This document shows, piece after piece, positions 38,764-52,069 of a DNA stretch of 64,000 nt (position 1 is the first letter of the stretch; every line of letters begins with the position of its first letter). The stretch lies in assembly GCA_964016885.1 (NCBI GenBank), contig OZ024758.1, positions 2,914,001 to 2,978,000 on the forward strand, written 5' to 3'. The notes under the pieces were generated by a model that had not been told where the DNA came from, did no database searches, and saw only the letters and a program-made list of their open reading frames with translations. The position numbers were made by a program, and so were the translations under genes. Source of the stretch: Eledone cirrhosa (Eukaryota).

Positions 38764-39061
38764 TGTATGGCACGAGAAAATAGTTCCACAATTTCTTTCA
38801 ATCTGACTTTCTTGGTGCGGTACAAACCCGACATTGTCATGGTGGCTATAGAGACTTGGTGTGGTGAAGATAACATTGCCTAATATACATTAACTAGAAT
38901 TTATATGTGTGTGTATATAGATTGTATATACAGGTTTAGTGAATGTTTGTTTTCTGTAGTTTGTCAACACCTCTTCCTTCCTCAGTCATCGCTAGTGCCT
39001 GATATGACCACTTCCTTCCTCAGTTATTTCTACTGCGTGACTGAGGATGGAAATGTGCCAT

Positions 39062-39170
39062 TTATCCTTACGGGGTCGATAAAATAAATCACAAGTCATG
39101 AACTGGAGGTCGATTTAAGTGACTTTCCACTCACCAAAATTGCTTGAGTTGTGCCTAAAGTATAAATTAT
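39062..39170 (+). mobile_element. SINE A 3' fragment
   Basis: TCCTTACGGGGTCGATAAAATAAA plus tail. Confidence 0.8.
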
Positions 39171-39411
39171 TAATGAAAAGCGTTTTTGAATTCCGAAATA
39201 ATATCACCTTTGAATATTAGCAGAATCGACAAGTTAACAAATACACATTTCTCTTGTTGCCCACCCGCTGATCAGTCCTGAATGACCAGTTCACTGAAGA
39301 AAAGCGCAGCGGTTATGTTGATTTAACTATACATTTAAAATCTACTTCGCTGTGAAAATGTAAACAGCTCTGAAAACATTTTCCAGTATGTATACAAAAC
39401 ATAGTGGCAGT

Positions 39412-39454
39412 TCCCTGCCAGGTTTCACGACTAGTTAACTGTTCATCAGAAGAA
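39412..39454 (-). ncRNA. Degenerate hammerhead-like motif
   Basis: Minus strand TTCTT-CTGATGA-AC..GT-GAAAC-ct-GGC-AGGGA. The cleavage triplet is mutated and stem II is weak. Confidence 0.4.
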
Positions 39455-40450
39455 GAGTGTCCTTATTATTCCGCGTACAAAGAGATGTAATAGGTTTTCT
39501 CAATTCATGCCAAATACAAGTGACAACTACTTCGAAATAGCCAGTCTAATTTGCATATTGTATATTCCATAAGGAAATAATTTCTTTGTGTTGCATAAAT
39601 ATTTATTGGTTAATTAAGTGTAATGAATAAAGTATGATATTTCATCACGTCGATATGATTTCATACAGAAATCATCAATCACAAGCGAAGAAAGTATGTG
39701 GACTTATATATATTGAGAAGACAATGCACTAATTCATTTACAGATTATTAGGACTCATCAATTGGCACTTAAATATCTTGTGTATTGTTCATACACGACA
39801 CATTTATTTGATCAATCAGCAAGATATCGAAGTTCCCATGCTGTTCTTGTTTTAACTAAGACTACTTCGAAATATGGCCGATATGGTTGCAACATGTGAT
39901 TCTAATATATAAACACAATTAGTGTATTTCTGAAATTACACACAGCAGTTAATTTGCACCATGGGATTATGAATGATATGTAACATTGTGTATAACAATA
40001 TATATTTGCATCTGTCTTCTTTAATTACAGAAAAATGACGATAAATACGCGACTTCCATCTGCTCAACTTATATAAATGTTATTCAAATTCCCAAGCTTA
40101 GTAATAAGATTGTTATCATACGCTTCTAAAATTACTTACAAATTCTTTTATTGAATTAGTACAAATTATATACAATATACTGGAACATCTGTCCAGCAGA
40201 GTTTTTGACAATGTATCCGATTTCGATTGAAGCCATTTCAAGTCTCTGGAAAGTTTATAATTTTGTTTATAATATTTCCATTATTTTGACAACTTGTATC
40301 TAAGAGAAAAACTTTAACTTAAACGAATTTTTCTACACTTGCATGGATCTCTCCAGAGAGAGAGAGGGGGAGAGATAGAGAGGGAGGGGTAGAGAGAGAG
40401 AGAGAGAGAGATAGAGAGATGGGGAGAGAGGGGAGAGAGAGAGAGAGAGG

Positions 40451-40522
40451 GACCCGGTGGACAGAATGCAGAAGGCGATTCCCCGGAGGATGGGGAGGAA
40501 GTTGAGCTGGAAGAGCCATTCC
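40451..40522 (-). mobile_element. CRE-like RLE C-terminus remnant abutting a (GA)n tract
   Basis: EWLFQLNFLPILRGIAFCILSTG; nucleotide similarity to 25772-25820. Confidence 0.65.
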
Positions 40523-40715
40523 ATTAAAATATACACATGTCGACCAAAGAAAGGAAACGATAATATCGTGTTCGATTGTTTTTCTATCAAAACACTGGTT
40601 GAGAATTTTACAAAAGGCATTTATCTAAAATGTCCATATGGTACCAAAGATATACAAGGTTCTTGGAGATTTTCAGCGATAGTTTTATGATATAATCTTT
40701 TAAATTCCTGTTAAG

Positions 40716-41041
40716 CCGTAAGGACGAAGGAAAGGTTAACTTCGGTGGGATTTGAACTCAGAACGTAAAAGACCGTTGCTATATACCACAAAGCATGCTG
40801 TCGGATGCTCTACCGGTATTGCCAATGTGCTGCCCTTACTTATACAAATAATTAATTGTTTCTACTTTAGGTACAAGGCCAGCAATTACCCAGTGCATTA
40901 CTGGTACTTTATTTTATCGACCCCGTAAGGATGAAAGGCAAAGTCAACCTCGGCGGGATTTGAACTCAGATCGTAAAGGGACGTAACTATGCTGGAAAGC
41001 ATGGCGTCAGACCCTCTACTGATACTGCCAATCCACCGCCC
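40716..41041 (-). mobile_element. SINE A partial (40716-40835) and full copy (40854-41041) with 19-bp TSD
   Basis: ACTTATACAAATAATTAAT at 40838-40856 and 41042-41060. Confidence 0.95.
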
Positions 41042-42339
41042 ACTTATACAAATAATTAATACAGAGTGTTTTTTATTGTAATTCAATGCTTTCTTGAATT
41101 TGCTCATTAGTCGTTAATATCTACCAGCTAATTAAAATTAGTAAATATGTTTTCTCAAAAGTTTAAGGAAATAACATATGTAAAACTATAACGTGTGTGA
41201 GAGTGTGAGCGCGCGCGCGTGTGCGTGTGTTTCATTTACCTATATTGGAAAACAATTCATTTACTTTCGCTCTACCCTGTATATATTTTGAAAGGAGTTC
41301 CAAACGATACCACATAATTGAGGGGCCACATGTTTACTCACCAAATTATTTTGAATGCTTGTACAAAAAAATGTGATGTTTAATATTAGGGAGAGTTGTT
41401 GGGAACAAGAAGTGAGAATAACCGACAAATGCTTTTCAAATGATGCATTATTGTTTTAAACTCTCGGGTAACAATAACAAAATACATTATATTCCTATGG
41501 TGAATTAGAATTTGTTCGCAACCACTTCACTCTAATTAGATCCATTGGAGAACTCTTGGACTTATGATATCAGATAATGCATATTTAAACTGCTTGATGT
41601 AAAAATTAAAGAGATATATAATGTATAAAGGACACTTAAGTTTCTGTGTTGTTTGTTAGATCTAACTAACATAATTGTACAATTTGGAGATTTTCGAAGT
41701 GACGATGGTATTAAATAACAATGACCACAACATGATTTAACGATTAGGTTTTGCCGGGTACTTTGACCCCTAATCCACCTAAGTGGTGTGCATAGACATT
41801 TTGGAAAGCAGGAGGAAACTTCAATGAGAAGGTAGAGGATATTGTGAAAACTCTAAATGCATTTTGGTGTAAGGGACTTAAAGTTATTTAACTGGAAATG
41901 AAAATAAATTCTGTACATTCACATACACTGGATATAATATTTCTACTAATTAAATACAAATGGTTTGTAAGGTTATTTAAAACGCCATAATATCAATAAA
42001 ACTTACCTTGCCAAGGGATTTGAATGACATTTATATAAGCTGGTAAGTTTGATTCATAGTATTTATTATTGGTAGTCTGTAAATTGAGAAGAAAATCGCA
42101 AATAAAGTTATGGATAAAAAATATAATACATACATTGAAATCCCACGTCGCAATATAACTATTGTATATGATTTCAGACATATGTTAATTATATTTATAC
42201 ATTAGAGTTTTATGTGGTTACTATGTATACTATATTTAACAAGGGGGTTCTTTAAATATAAGACGTAACAGAATTATTGAGAGCAATCTGCCAGTCAATA
42301 AACCATTTATTAGTAATATGACTTTTTCTTGGATAGAAT

Positions 42340-42400
<61 letters not shown>

Positions 42401-42890
42401 AAAACAAAGGACGTGGTTGACAAAATATTGGCAACGAATGGAAATGAAGAAGAGATGAGGATTGTAGAAAGGAAAAGTTTATCAACGATTAAGAAACAAA
42501 AACAAAGCAAATAAGACGTGTAGGCACGATCTCAACATTTGAAGTTGGAAAATATGAGGCGTATTAGGGACTAAATACTGTTTATAAGAGTTGGAGATCA
42601 GGTTTGTTAAACCCACGATAAAACAAAACTAATCAAAGAAATCAAAGACGATTCCGAATGTTCGGATTTCCTACAGGTCTCCCCTCACCACCACCTTTCA
42701 GTGTGTGTGTGTATGTGTGGTGGTGGTGTGGGGGGTGTCGATCGCGATTAAGTTGGGGGTTAGATTAGTTGAAAGCACGAAATAAAAAAAAGAGCAAAAA
42801 CGAGGAAATCAGGTTTACATCTGAACCACAGCGCGTGCTTTTCTATAAACTCAAAATCTATATACACACACATTATATACATATATATTA

Positions 42891-42937
<47 letters not shown>

Positions 42938-43536
42938 TATATACATATATATATATATATATATTATCTATATCTCTATATAAATACATATACATGGATA
43001 TACATACACATTGTATATATATATATATATAAACACATATCTATCTATCTATATATATATATTAAGTATAAAGTATGCCATGCAATTGAGGGTGTGTGTG
43101 TGCTTATCTGTTTACCTCCATCACTATGATTATATATGTTAGTATATATATATATATACACATCCATATACACAGTCATAAATATACCTATCTATAAGAC
43201 AAGAACTTAACCGTAAGGCAGAAAATCCTTATTTGCGAACTGCTGTTCGTTTGTAGAGGGTTCTAAGTTGAATTCTCGACTAACTAATCTAAGAAAAAAA
43301 ACATCACACACACATACACATGTGAGGAGGAACAAAGGGTTTTCCTTTCAATACATGTTAATACTCTGTGATGCTGCTTATTTTCCATTCTTTCGGATCT
43401 TACCACATGGAACTTACCTCGGATTTGTTTGATCTGTACGATTAATAATCGTAACAACACATTGTGTTTCCCATCATCTTGTTTACTCAAAACTAAGTGG
43501 ATATCTACAATTTATCAATATCGTGTGTATGTGAGT

Positions 43537-43541
43537 ATATA

Positions 43542-43572
<31 letters not shown>

Positions 43573-43697
43573 TATATATATATATATACACACACACATA
43601 TATATACACACACACATATATATACACACACACACATATATATATATACACACACACATATATATATACACACACACATATATATTTACACACACAC

Positions 43698-43728
<31 letters not shown>

Positions 43729-43735
43729 CATATAT
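43537..43735. repeat. Alternating (TA)n(CA)n compound microsatellite
   Basis: Direct inspection. Confidence 0.9.
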
Positions 43736-44113
43736 CTATCTATCTGTTGCATTTCAGTGGTATAACATCGATGTACATATACTTCTGCTATTCAAACGAA
43801 ATGTATGCCGTCTTGTGTAGTTATATCATCTATAGTTTACGAACGTTTTGGAGTGAAAACAAAAATTATCGATATGTTGAATAAGGCCACACCAGACTAT
43901 AATCTCCTGATGATTGGGATCGAATGAATGTGCAATTTCCAATCTAATATTATGGCTTTGCATAACCACCCGATTAATCAACTCGTTGCTGAAATGTTTA
44001 TTTTTGTGAGAGTGCCGTGTCTCTGGCCGGGGCTTTCAGTGGTTGTGTGTGATTGTCGTGTTATCAGCCCTTCCCAAACCAGGTTGACTTCGATATATAT
44101 ATATAACGAAGAA

Positions 44114-44283
44114 GTGTGGTAAGGAACCAGGTGGACCATAACGCACCATAGTACTCGATACAATGGGTAATGGGAAACAGTCAGGACCCCAACGGCTGAG
44201 CTCCGGCCGTTTCGACAGCTATTTCTGAACTGGCTGTCGAAACTGCCGGAGCTGAGCCGTCGGGGTCCTGAGACTTTTTCCTA
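44114..44283. mobile_element. Fold-back element family B with non-palindromic central loop
   Basis: Arms 44180-44219 and 44233-44271; the centre is GACAGC-tatttctgaactg-GCTGTC. Confidence 0.85.
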
Positions 44284-44904
44284 ATATATATATATATAGA
44301 TATATATATATATATATACACACACAAAATGCGTGTATATAAGCTAGCCAACTTGCTTAGAATGGAAGAGATAGACGTACCAGGCTGGATGTCTTGTGTA
44401 ATGTTGTTTTTTACCGTCTGGGTTCACGTCAAATATTCACATCACCGACTGTCTTTAATCACTACTACCAACTTCCTACAAAACCACCGGTTTAAATTGT
44501 CAACCTCCAGTAAAACGCACAAACATTCCATGCATCATGCTTCAAATTAGTCACGTGATCCACTGTTGGTTTTTCTCCGCTATATTTTGTAGATCTGAGG
44601 AGCAGTGTTTCGAATTCGAGTGATGACATTTGCAGCTGATGATTGACATTAAAATCTCCTTAGTAACACTATACTTATATATATATATCTTAATGCCCTT
44701 GTATTTCGGCCAAATAAGACCCCCCTCCCAAGGCCGCGGCCATGCCGGTAATAAACTATATACATGACATCCCAGATCACTCGCCGTGAAGTACAACAAG
44801 AACAACAAACTTTTGAGATTTTTTGCTTTGACTGCATTCCCATATATGGATACTACCTCTTGAGAAGCTCAACTAGATTCCTGCTGTTCTAATACTGGTG
44901 GCAT

Positions 44905-44960
44905 AGTTCGGATTTAGCTGTCGAAACGGCGGGAGCTCAGCCGTCGGCGTCCTGAATCTG

Positions 44961-44963
<3 letters not shown>
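44905..44963 (+). mobile_element. Family B single arm
   Basis: AGTTCGGATTTAGCTGTCGAAACGGCGGGAGCTCAGCCGTCGGCGTCCTGA, followed by (TA)n. Confidence 0.75.
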
Positions 44964-45027
<64 letters not shown>

Positions 45028-46333
45028 AGTTCAAAATGACAAACAAACAAATGGTGTTATTAGCTTCACACTTGGTGAGAGTCTGGGGAGGGTGTTGTTT
45101 ACGATGTTTCTCACATAATCCCACATTGATATCAACTTTTTTTCCATTAACAATAATTCTATTGAAATTTAACTCAGCATAAAGAAAAGTTTTATACTAA
45201 GCAAATGCATAAACTTTGGAATCGAATCTATAATTACGCACTTCGAAAATATACGAGTACAATATACTTTATTCTATAGGCAATGTACTTATTTACCTGG
45301 TTGAGAGTCATATATTCAACTCTAATTCTATTTGTTGAAGAATAGCCATTATATAATAGAATATTCAGTTAGGAATGGACTACACGATAGTTAATACAAA
45401 CTAAAAGAACACCATCGTTGTAATCATGTACATTTTACAATATTATGCCATTAGTAGTAAATAGTGAACAGAATAGTTTGCCGTAGCGTACAATTTATTT
45501 TCTACAAAATGGCTGATATATTCCCTTAATGAAAACGTGTCCTCTCCTAATATTCATTTCTGTGGATAATTTCTTTGATCTTTCCTTATCATAATATTGA
45601 GGTGACTTGCAGGTATACACATACAAACATATACATTCTGACAATCAGAAACGGACCACACACATACGGACAAAAACAGTGATAGTTTATAGTATGGTGT
45701 GTGTATGGGAGGGATAAGATCTCTGGTATAATGGGAGGCAGGTTGATTACCAATTCCGTTATTTCGCAATTTGTTATTCTCGTTTGTGTAATCTCTGGCT
45801 CTGGCAATTTTCATGGTAATTGCGGAGGTAAGGCGTCGCCAATCTAACTTAATTTCATCTCACTAATACACACAATAGTTCACTTAAACACTAGCATAGA
45901 AAACTAAATAAACACTTTGAATCTCACTAATTGATGTACATTCATATTTGATAAGAAGCACATGTCACTAAATGATATACACACCTAGAAGCATTAATAG
46001 TGAAAGCGGTTCTGAATTGGTTGAAATTTGAAGTATGTCCAAAGATAATATTCACAGGGTTAATAACATTTAAGGTAATGTATTTATTCATCATGTTGAT
46101 ACAATCATATCACGTTCACTACGTGCAATATTGTACATAGTTGCTAGAAATATTTGGATCGACAAAATCATTAGCACGCCAGGTAAAGTGCTTTTCTGTG
46201 TTAGATACCACCTTTTAATTTCTACATTTAAATTTCAGCCACGCCAGATTCGCTTCTAATCCCATTAACATCGTTAAAATACGCTACCAGTAATTTACTG
46301 GGGACAAAATAATTGACAATGACCATTCCCTAA

Positions 46334-46482
46334 TTGGCAGAGTTCAAATCCCGCCGAGGTCAACTTTGCCTTTCATCCATTCGAGGTCGATTAAAAAAAG
46401 TACCAGTAAGCACTGGGGTCGATCTAATCGACCTCCCCTCCTCCCAAATTGTTGGCCTTGTGCCTAAATCTGAAACCATTAT
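46334..46482 (+). mobile_element. SINE A variant with deleted head interior
   Basis: TGGCAG is fused to AGTTCAAATCC; central domain variant CCATTCGAGGTCG. Confidence 0.85.
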
Positions 46483-47629
46483 CGACATTGTTATTTTTTA
46501 CCCAGACTAAGACAGATCGACTAAACCTATGTTAGATTCCTTCAGGCCGTGGCTATGTCGTCTTACAATGGATATCTACGACTAGATTATGTCAAACGGC
46601 AACCTTTATTTACGAGGAAAAGTTCATCGGGAAATATAGTTGCTATCATAGTCTGAAAGATACGGTTAGTCAAATTATATTTCAAGTAACGTGCATAATA
46701 TTGTATACATAATTAATTGTTATCATTATATGTAGTACTTTACACTTTGAAATGACATTCTAAGAGAGTTCCATAGACGCTCTGTAAGGGCGATATTATC
46801 ATATATTTAGATTCTTATATTAGTTCATAGAATGGAAATAAATCAGCAATCATATAGAAATATCCTGGCTTGCTTTCATCAAGACTATTCAGTTGGCGGA
46901 CGGATATTAATCAAAGGATCTCAATTATTCCATAATTAATATTTTTCAATGAATGTTTCTAGTCTTGAAGTCACATAAGGCTATCTCAAACATCACTTAA
47001 CTTCTCCAACCTTTCAACACATGTCAGCGCTCTCCAATTACTGATATGAACCTGATAATCTAATATCGAGAAACTGATAGTAAAACTTCATTAAATATAC
47101 CGACATAACTCTAAGGTTTCGTAAATATTTTCCTCAGTGTATATGTTAACATTATCAAATAAAATTAAAAATATAAACCAAATCGATAAGCGTTCATAAA
47201 TGCACTTTCGAAATGATGATATACACAATAACCCTACTAGATAGTGACTAGATATATTATCATGTTTTTATTTTGTTTCAATCTCCCAGGATTTTGACAA
47301 CGTTTCGCATATGCTCTACGTTAGATATCTATCAAAGTATATGGCCCTTCGTTCCTGTGTTTAATACAAATATAACTACCATTCTGCATGCAGAATATCA
47401 AAATGTATATTTGTTAATAGTGGTGTGTAGGCAGAATAGTTAGAGTGTCAGGCAATACGGTTTACTGTATTTTCACAGGCTGTCTAAGGCTTGTGTTCAA
47501 AGACGAACCGAGGTCTAATTTGTCTTTCATAATTCAGGTAGGAAGTTACCACGTAAGAGTGAGGTAATATCATCGACCTAATAAACGCTCACCTCCACCA
47601 GAATGTATTAATAATAATAATAATAATAA

Positions 47630-47733
47630 TTTCTTATATAGGCACAAGGCCAGCACTTTTAGGAGAGGGGAAAGTTGATTAAATCAACCCCCAGTACGTT
47701 CCTATGCGTCAGAACATGGCATCCGACCCTCTA
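47630..47733 (-). mobile_element. Internally deleted SINE A between two local direct repeats
   Basis: Tail plus head fragment. GAGGTAATATCATCGAC..AACGCTCAC.TCCACCAGAAT occurs at 47561 and 47754. Confidence 0.7.
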
Positions 47734-48967
47734 CGAAGTTACCTAGCTCTAGCGAGGTAATATCATCGACTCAATGAACGCTCACATCCACCAGAATAGT
47801 AATAATAATAATAATAAAAATAATAATGGGTATGGACGAGGTGCCAGATTTTCATTACATTTATTAAAGAATATTCTGTCTATCTTGAATGAATATCCTG
47901 TCTATATTGATTTAGAATTCATGTCTGTTTTAATTTCTTTCAGCATTCCACTTTTTTCTCCTATTTTTATTTATTTTCACATTCATATTCCTGTATACTA
48001 TGTGTGCTTTAATTACACGATTCAAGTCTCTGGTATAGGTTTCTTAGTTTAGTTTGTACATGTAGATTAAATTTACAATATTTCTATCGACGTACTACTC
48101 TGACGCTAATCTCCGCAGGTTGCATTCTGCTCATCAACATGAGATATTTCCCCCCTCAAAGTTCGATTACCAACAGCAGAGTTTAAAGAACAAAGACCAA
48201 ATTTAGTCCATAAGTTGACATTACTCATTTGACATTTTGGCTGCTGACCTCTGCTTGTCTTACCAGTCAACCTTCTTTCCCGAGCAAAACCTACTCACAC
48301 CACGAGTTGATCTGTTTATATGACCGTATAGTTTGACTACTCTTGGCTTGACAATTGATGTAATTGGTCTAAGTCTGACAATGTTGAGCAGCTCACTAAT
48401 ACAGATACGGTCGCTGAGCCGCTTGACAGTCATAAGTCTCATTTATGAGTAAATCAAATTATAATTGGTCTATGTTTGGTAATGTTGACCAGCTCACTGT
48501 AATTTCAAAAGTACATACGCTATAATGCTGTACTGAATGTCATAAGATAACAATCCTAAATTAATGGACACTTGCATGTATTTTTGTTTAATACGTTTGT
48601 TTAAGATGTTGCAGACATAGATCAGAAGAGAGAGAGGGCACTCTTAATAAACGAAACCGGTACCACTACAGTGCATCAATGTGATCCATCTGAAAACGGG
48701 ACAGCAACTAGTCACTCTATGGACAGCTGGTAAGTATTGATGGTCACCCCTATTAAAACTTTCGGTTAATTCAAGTTAATCAAAGCAACATCGAAGACAG
48801 GTTTACTCGTTACCTTATCCATTGTATATCACATGAGGTGGATGTTTTATGTAAATATCTTTTCTAGATCACAGATATTTGCATTTCCCCAAACAAATCT
48901 CGACATGAGCCAACATCCTTGTCTAAAATGTTACCACTACTACTACCACTACTACTACTGCTATAAC

Positions 48968-49121
48968 AATTTCTACTATAGGCACAAGGCCATGAATTTG
49001 GGGAGAGGGGAAAGTCGATTAAATCGTCCCAGTACATTACTGGTGCTTTATTTTATCGACGCCGTAAGGATGAAATCCCATCGGCGGGATTTGAACTCAG
49101 ATCATAAAGGGCCGTAACTCT
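48968..49121 (-). mobile_element. SINE A partial
   Basis: Family motifs. Confidence 0.85.
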
Positions 49122-49731
49122 AAACTGCCTATCAGCCGACCTAATGATAATGATAACAACATCAACAATAATAAAAATGCGAGCACACATATGATGAGTA
49201 AAACAAATCAATCTGCTTATAAAGATCACATTTTTATAGCCAGTATGTGTATTTAAATAGTAACATTCTATCTCATCACATATTTCAATCTTGCACAGCT
49301 TGTGGAAACATTCGATACGAAGACACATGTCATGGGATGATAATCAAGTATGTTTTCTACATGAATAACAACAACATTTAAAATTTAGATGATGAAAGAC
49401 TATAGACTAGAAATACCGATTCAGACAGATTAATGAAGAATGACAGTATTGAGATTTGGAAATATCACCAATACAACTATAAAAACGTAATTAATCTGAA
49501 TAATGTTATTGTATGGAATGAAACAGAAATATGAGAATTACGTCAGGTATAGTCATACAACTAATTGGGGATTAACGAGTTAACATAGAACTCTTTCCAA
49601 TAAAAGAAGGCTTCAAAAATAATATGGTCGATGCATTATATTACCATTTAAATAGATGTTGCAATAAATAACCAACGGTATAAGTGTTTTGTTTTGAAGA
49701 CGGTGATCCAAGTTTGAAATTCAGTGAGGAA

Positions 49732-49885
49732 TAGAAGCTTCGCTGTATTTTGACTAAAGGAAATTAACTTAATAGAGGGGTTTAAAACCCTCTAAATGGA
49801 AAAGGATGGGTATTGACACATCCGTTTCCATTTAGAGGGTTTTGTCCCACACTATCAGGCTAATTTTCTTTAGCGAAAGCTTCTA
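49732..49885. repeat. Nested inverted repeat / MITE-like fold-back
   Basis: Inner 25-bp arms 49784-49808 and 49819-49843 (1 mismatch); outer TAGAAGCTT..AAGCTTCTA arms. Confidence 0.75.
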
Positions 49886-49928
49886 ATTTTGATTCAAACA
49901 AAGGTATCTTACAGATTTAACACAATAA

Positions 49929-50317
49929 TAATTGTTTCTACTTTTTGGCACAAGGCTAGCCATTAATCCAGTGCATTACTGGTACTTTATTTTATCGAAC
50001 CCGTAAGGATTAAAGGCAAAGTTAACCTTGGCAGGATTTGAACTCAATCCGCAATGAGCCGTAACTCTTTGCTGCAAAGCAGGGTGTCCGATCCTCTACC
50101 GATACTGCCAATCCACAAAAGTAGAAATAATAATTGTTTCTACTTTTGGCACAAGGCCAGCAATTATCCTATTGTATTACTGGTACTTTATTTTATCGAC
50201 CCGGTACGGATGATAGGCAAAGTTAACCTCGGCGGGATTTGAACTCAGATTGTAATGGCCTGTAACTCTTTGCTGCAAAGCAAGGCGTACAACCCTCTAC
50301 TGATACTGCCAGCCCAC
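49929..50317 (-). mobile_element. Two tandem SINE A copies (49929-50116, 50132-50317)
   Basis: Family motifs. Confidence 0.95.
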
Positions 50318-50576
50318 GTTTATTTAGTCACCAAGGCAACAGTCTCTATAATAACTGAGGCTCCAAGAATGATAAAAAGACACACACGTGCATACATTTC
50401 TACAATCACATGACTGACAGATATGTACAACGTTCAGAAAAGTGGCTCCATTAGGGAACTGCACACATATTACGAAAACTGTTTTCAATAGAAACAATAA
50501 CATCAAAACTAGCATGAGACAATCCCAAAGAGCTCGAAAATATCGTTAATGAGAATGATGATGATGATGATAATAA

Positions 50577-50793
50577 TGGTTTCTTATCTAGGCATAAGGC
50601 CAGCAATTTGTGGGGAGGGGGAAGTCGATTAAATCGACCCCAGTGCATTATTGGTATTTTATTTCATCGACCCAATAAGAATGAAAGGTAAAGTTACTCT
50701 CGGCGGAATTTGAACTCAGATCATAAAGGGCCGTAACTCTATGCTGTAAAGCATGGCATCCGACCCTCTGCCGATACTGCCAATCCACCGCCC
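50577..50793 (-). mobile_element. SINE A, full length, long tail
   Basis: Family motifs. Confidence 0.95.
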
Positions 50794-51700
50794 TCTCCAT
50801 ATAATAATAATAATAATAATGATAATAATAATAATAGTAATAATATATAGCTTTTCTGAACGTTATAGTAGAAACTGTATTTAAGTAATTTTACTCAATT
50901 TATTACACAAAGGCGCGTGCATCCAAAATTCATTTCATCTTCCATGTCAATGTAAAGATGAACGTAGAAATGATGATTACTAACACAAACCACTGCCAAG
51001 CTTTTCGATATCAAACGATCTGCTATTACTTCAAGCATGCTTCAGATAAATATGTCATGTAAATGCAATAGAAAATGAGAGTATTTTGTTTATTTTGTTT
51101 CTTTTTGTTCATTCCTCAAATTATTCAAATATAAAAATATGTTGACTCCATTTCTCTTTTAGTTCTCCATTTTCCTGTTTCTACTTCAATACATTTCTGA
51201 AAATAATATATTTAATTGTACATTTTAAAATAATTTATACTATATAATGAAAAGAATTTACCAAAGAATCATGAAACATGTCTAAAAGAATCACGTCAAA
51301 TCAAATTTCTTTTATCAACTGAACCAACGTAATGGCACTTGTATACCTTTCCCTTTCATCTATGTTTCCATTAGAGATAATTTAGGCGATATCAATCTTG
51401 AAATTGGTTCAGTCATTAGAAGTCACATTGCGCTGCAAAATGTGCCGTCGTTTTCTTATGTTTGAATTACATACGTACTAGGTAAACAAACATTGAATCT
51501 ATTTAGTGTAGTGTTTCATGTGAAGGTTGGAATCAGTTAGCATCTCTCACATCAAGCATTACGCCTGGTTATCTATATTATTTCTAAAAATTCTCGGATA
51601 GCATACTGATACTACTTATCATAATCTCATTTTAGTTTTCTGTGTGATGTCACAGAAAATAAACGCCACAGAGGAGATATAGCTGAATTTAATAATATTT

Positions 51701-51883
51701 GAATTGGCAGGATCGGTAGAGGGCTGGACGCCCTGCTTTCTAGCATAGTTACGTCCCTTTACGCTCTGAGTTCAAATCCCGTCGAGGTTAACTTTGCCTT
51801 TTGATCCTTATGAGGTAGATAAAATAAAGTACCAGTAATGTACTGGGTAATTGCTGGCCTTGTGCCAAAAGTACAAACAATTA
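51701..51883 (+). mobile_element. SINE A
   Basis: Family motifs. Confidence 0.95.
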
Positions 51884-52069
51884 TCAACTTAAATATATAT
51901 CTTAAACTACAGCCATATAGACAAACATGATGTCTTACTAAATATTCTTCTCTGACCCTAACCACAAAAGTCACTTGAATTCTTTACAATTAAATAGTCT
52001 TTGATAGAGAATTAAAGAATATATGGACAAAACAAACTGAAAGTCGGAAAGCAGAGCAATAAATAATAT

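Larger units (their letters stand above)
38152..38848. repeat. Three diverged tandem units of about 89 bp interrupted by two SINE A insertions
   Basis: CATG.CRCGAGAAAA...TCTTGGTGC...AAACCC..CATT.TCAT at about 38154, 38443 and 38532/38767. Confidence 0.75.

Noticed and set aside
44594-44660. CTGAGGA and CTGATGA motifs upstream of a family C-like tail
   Set aside because: No convincing stem II/GAAA arrangement.
45554-45920. Minus-strand ORF preceded by TGGCGACG (possible LTR primer-binding site)
   Set aside because: No LTR end or gag similarity is recognisable.
47103-47142. Minus-strand CTGAGGA..GAAAC motif
   Set aside because: Stem II is only AT-rich and stem I is out of register; likely chance.
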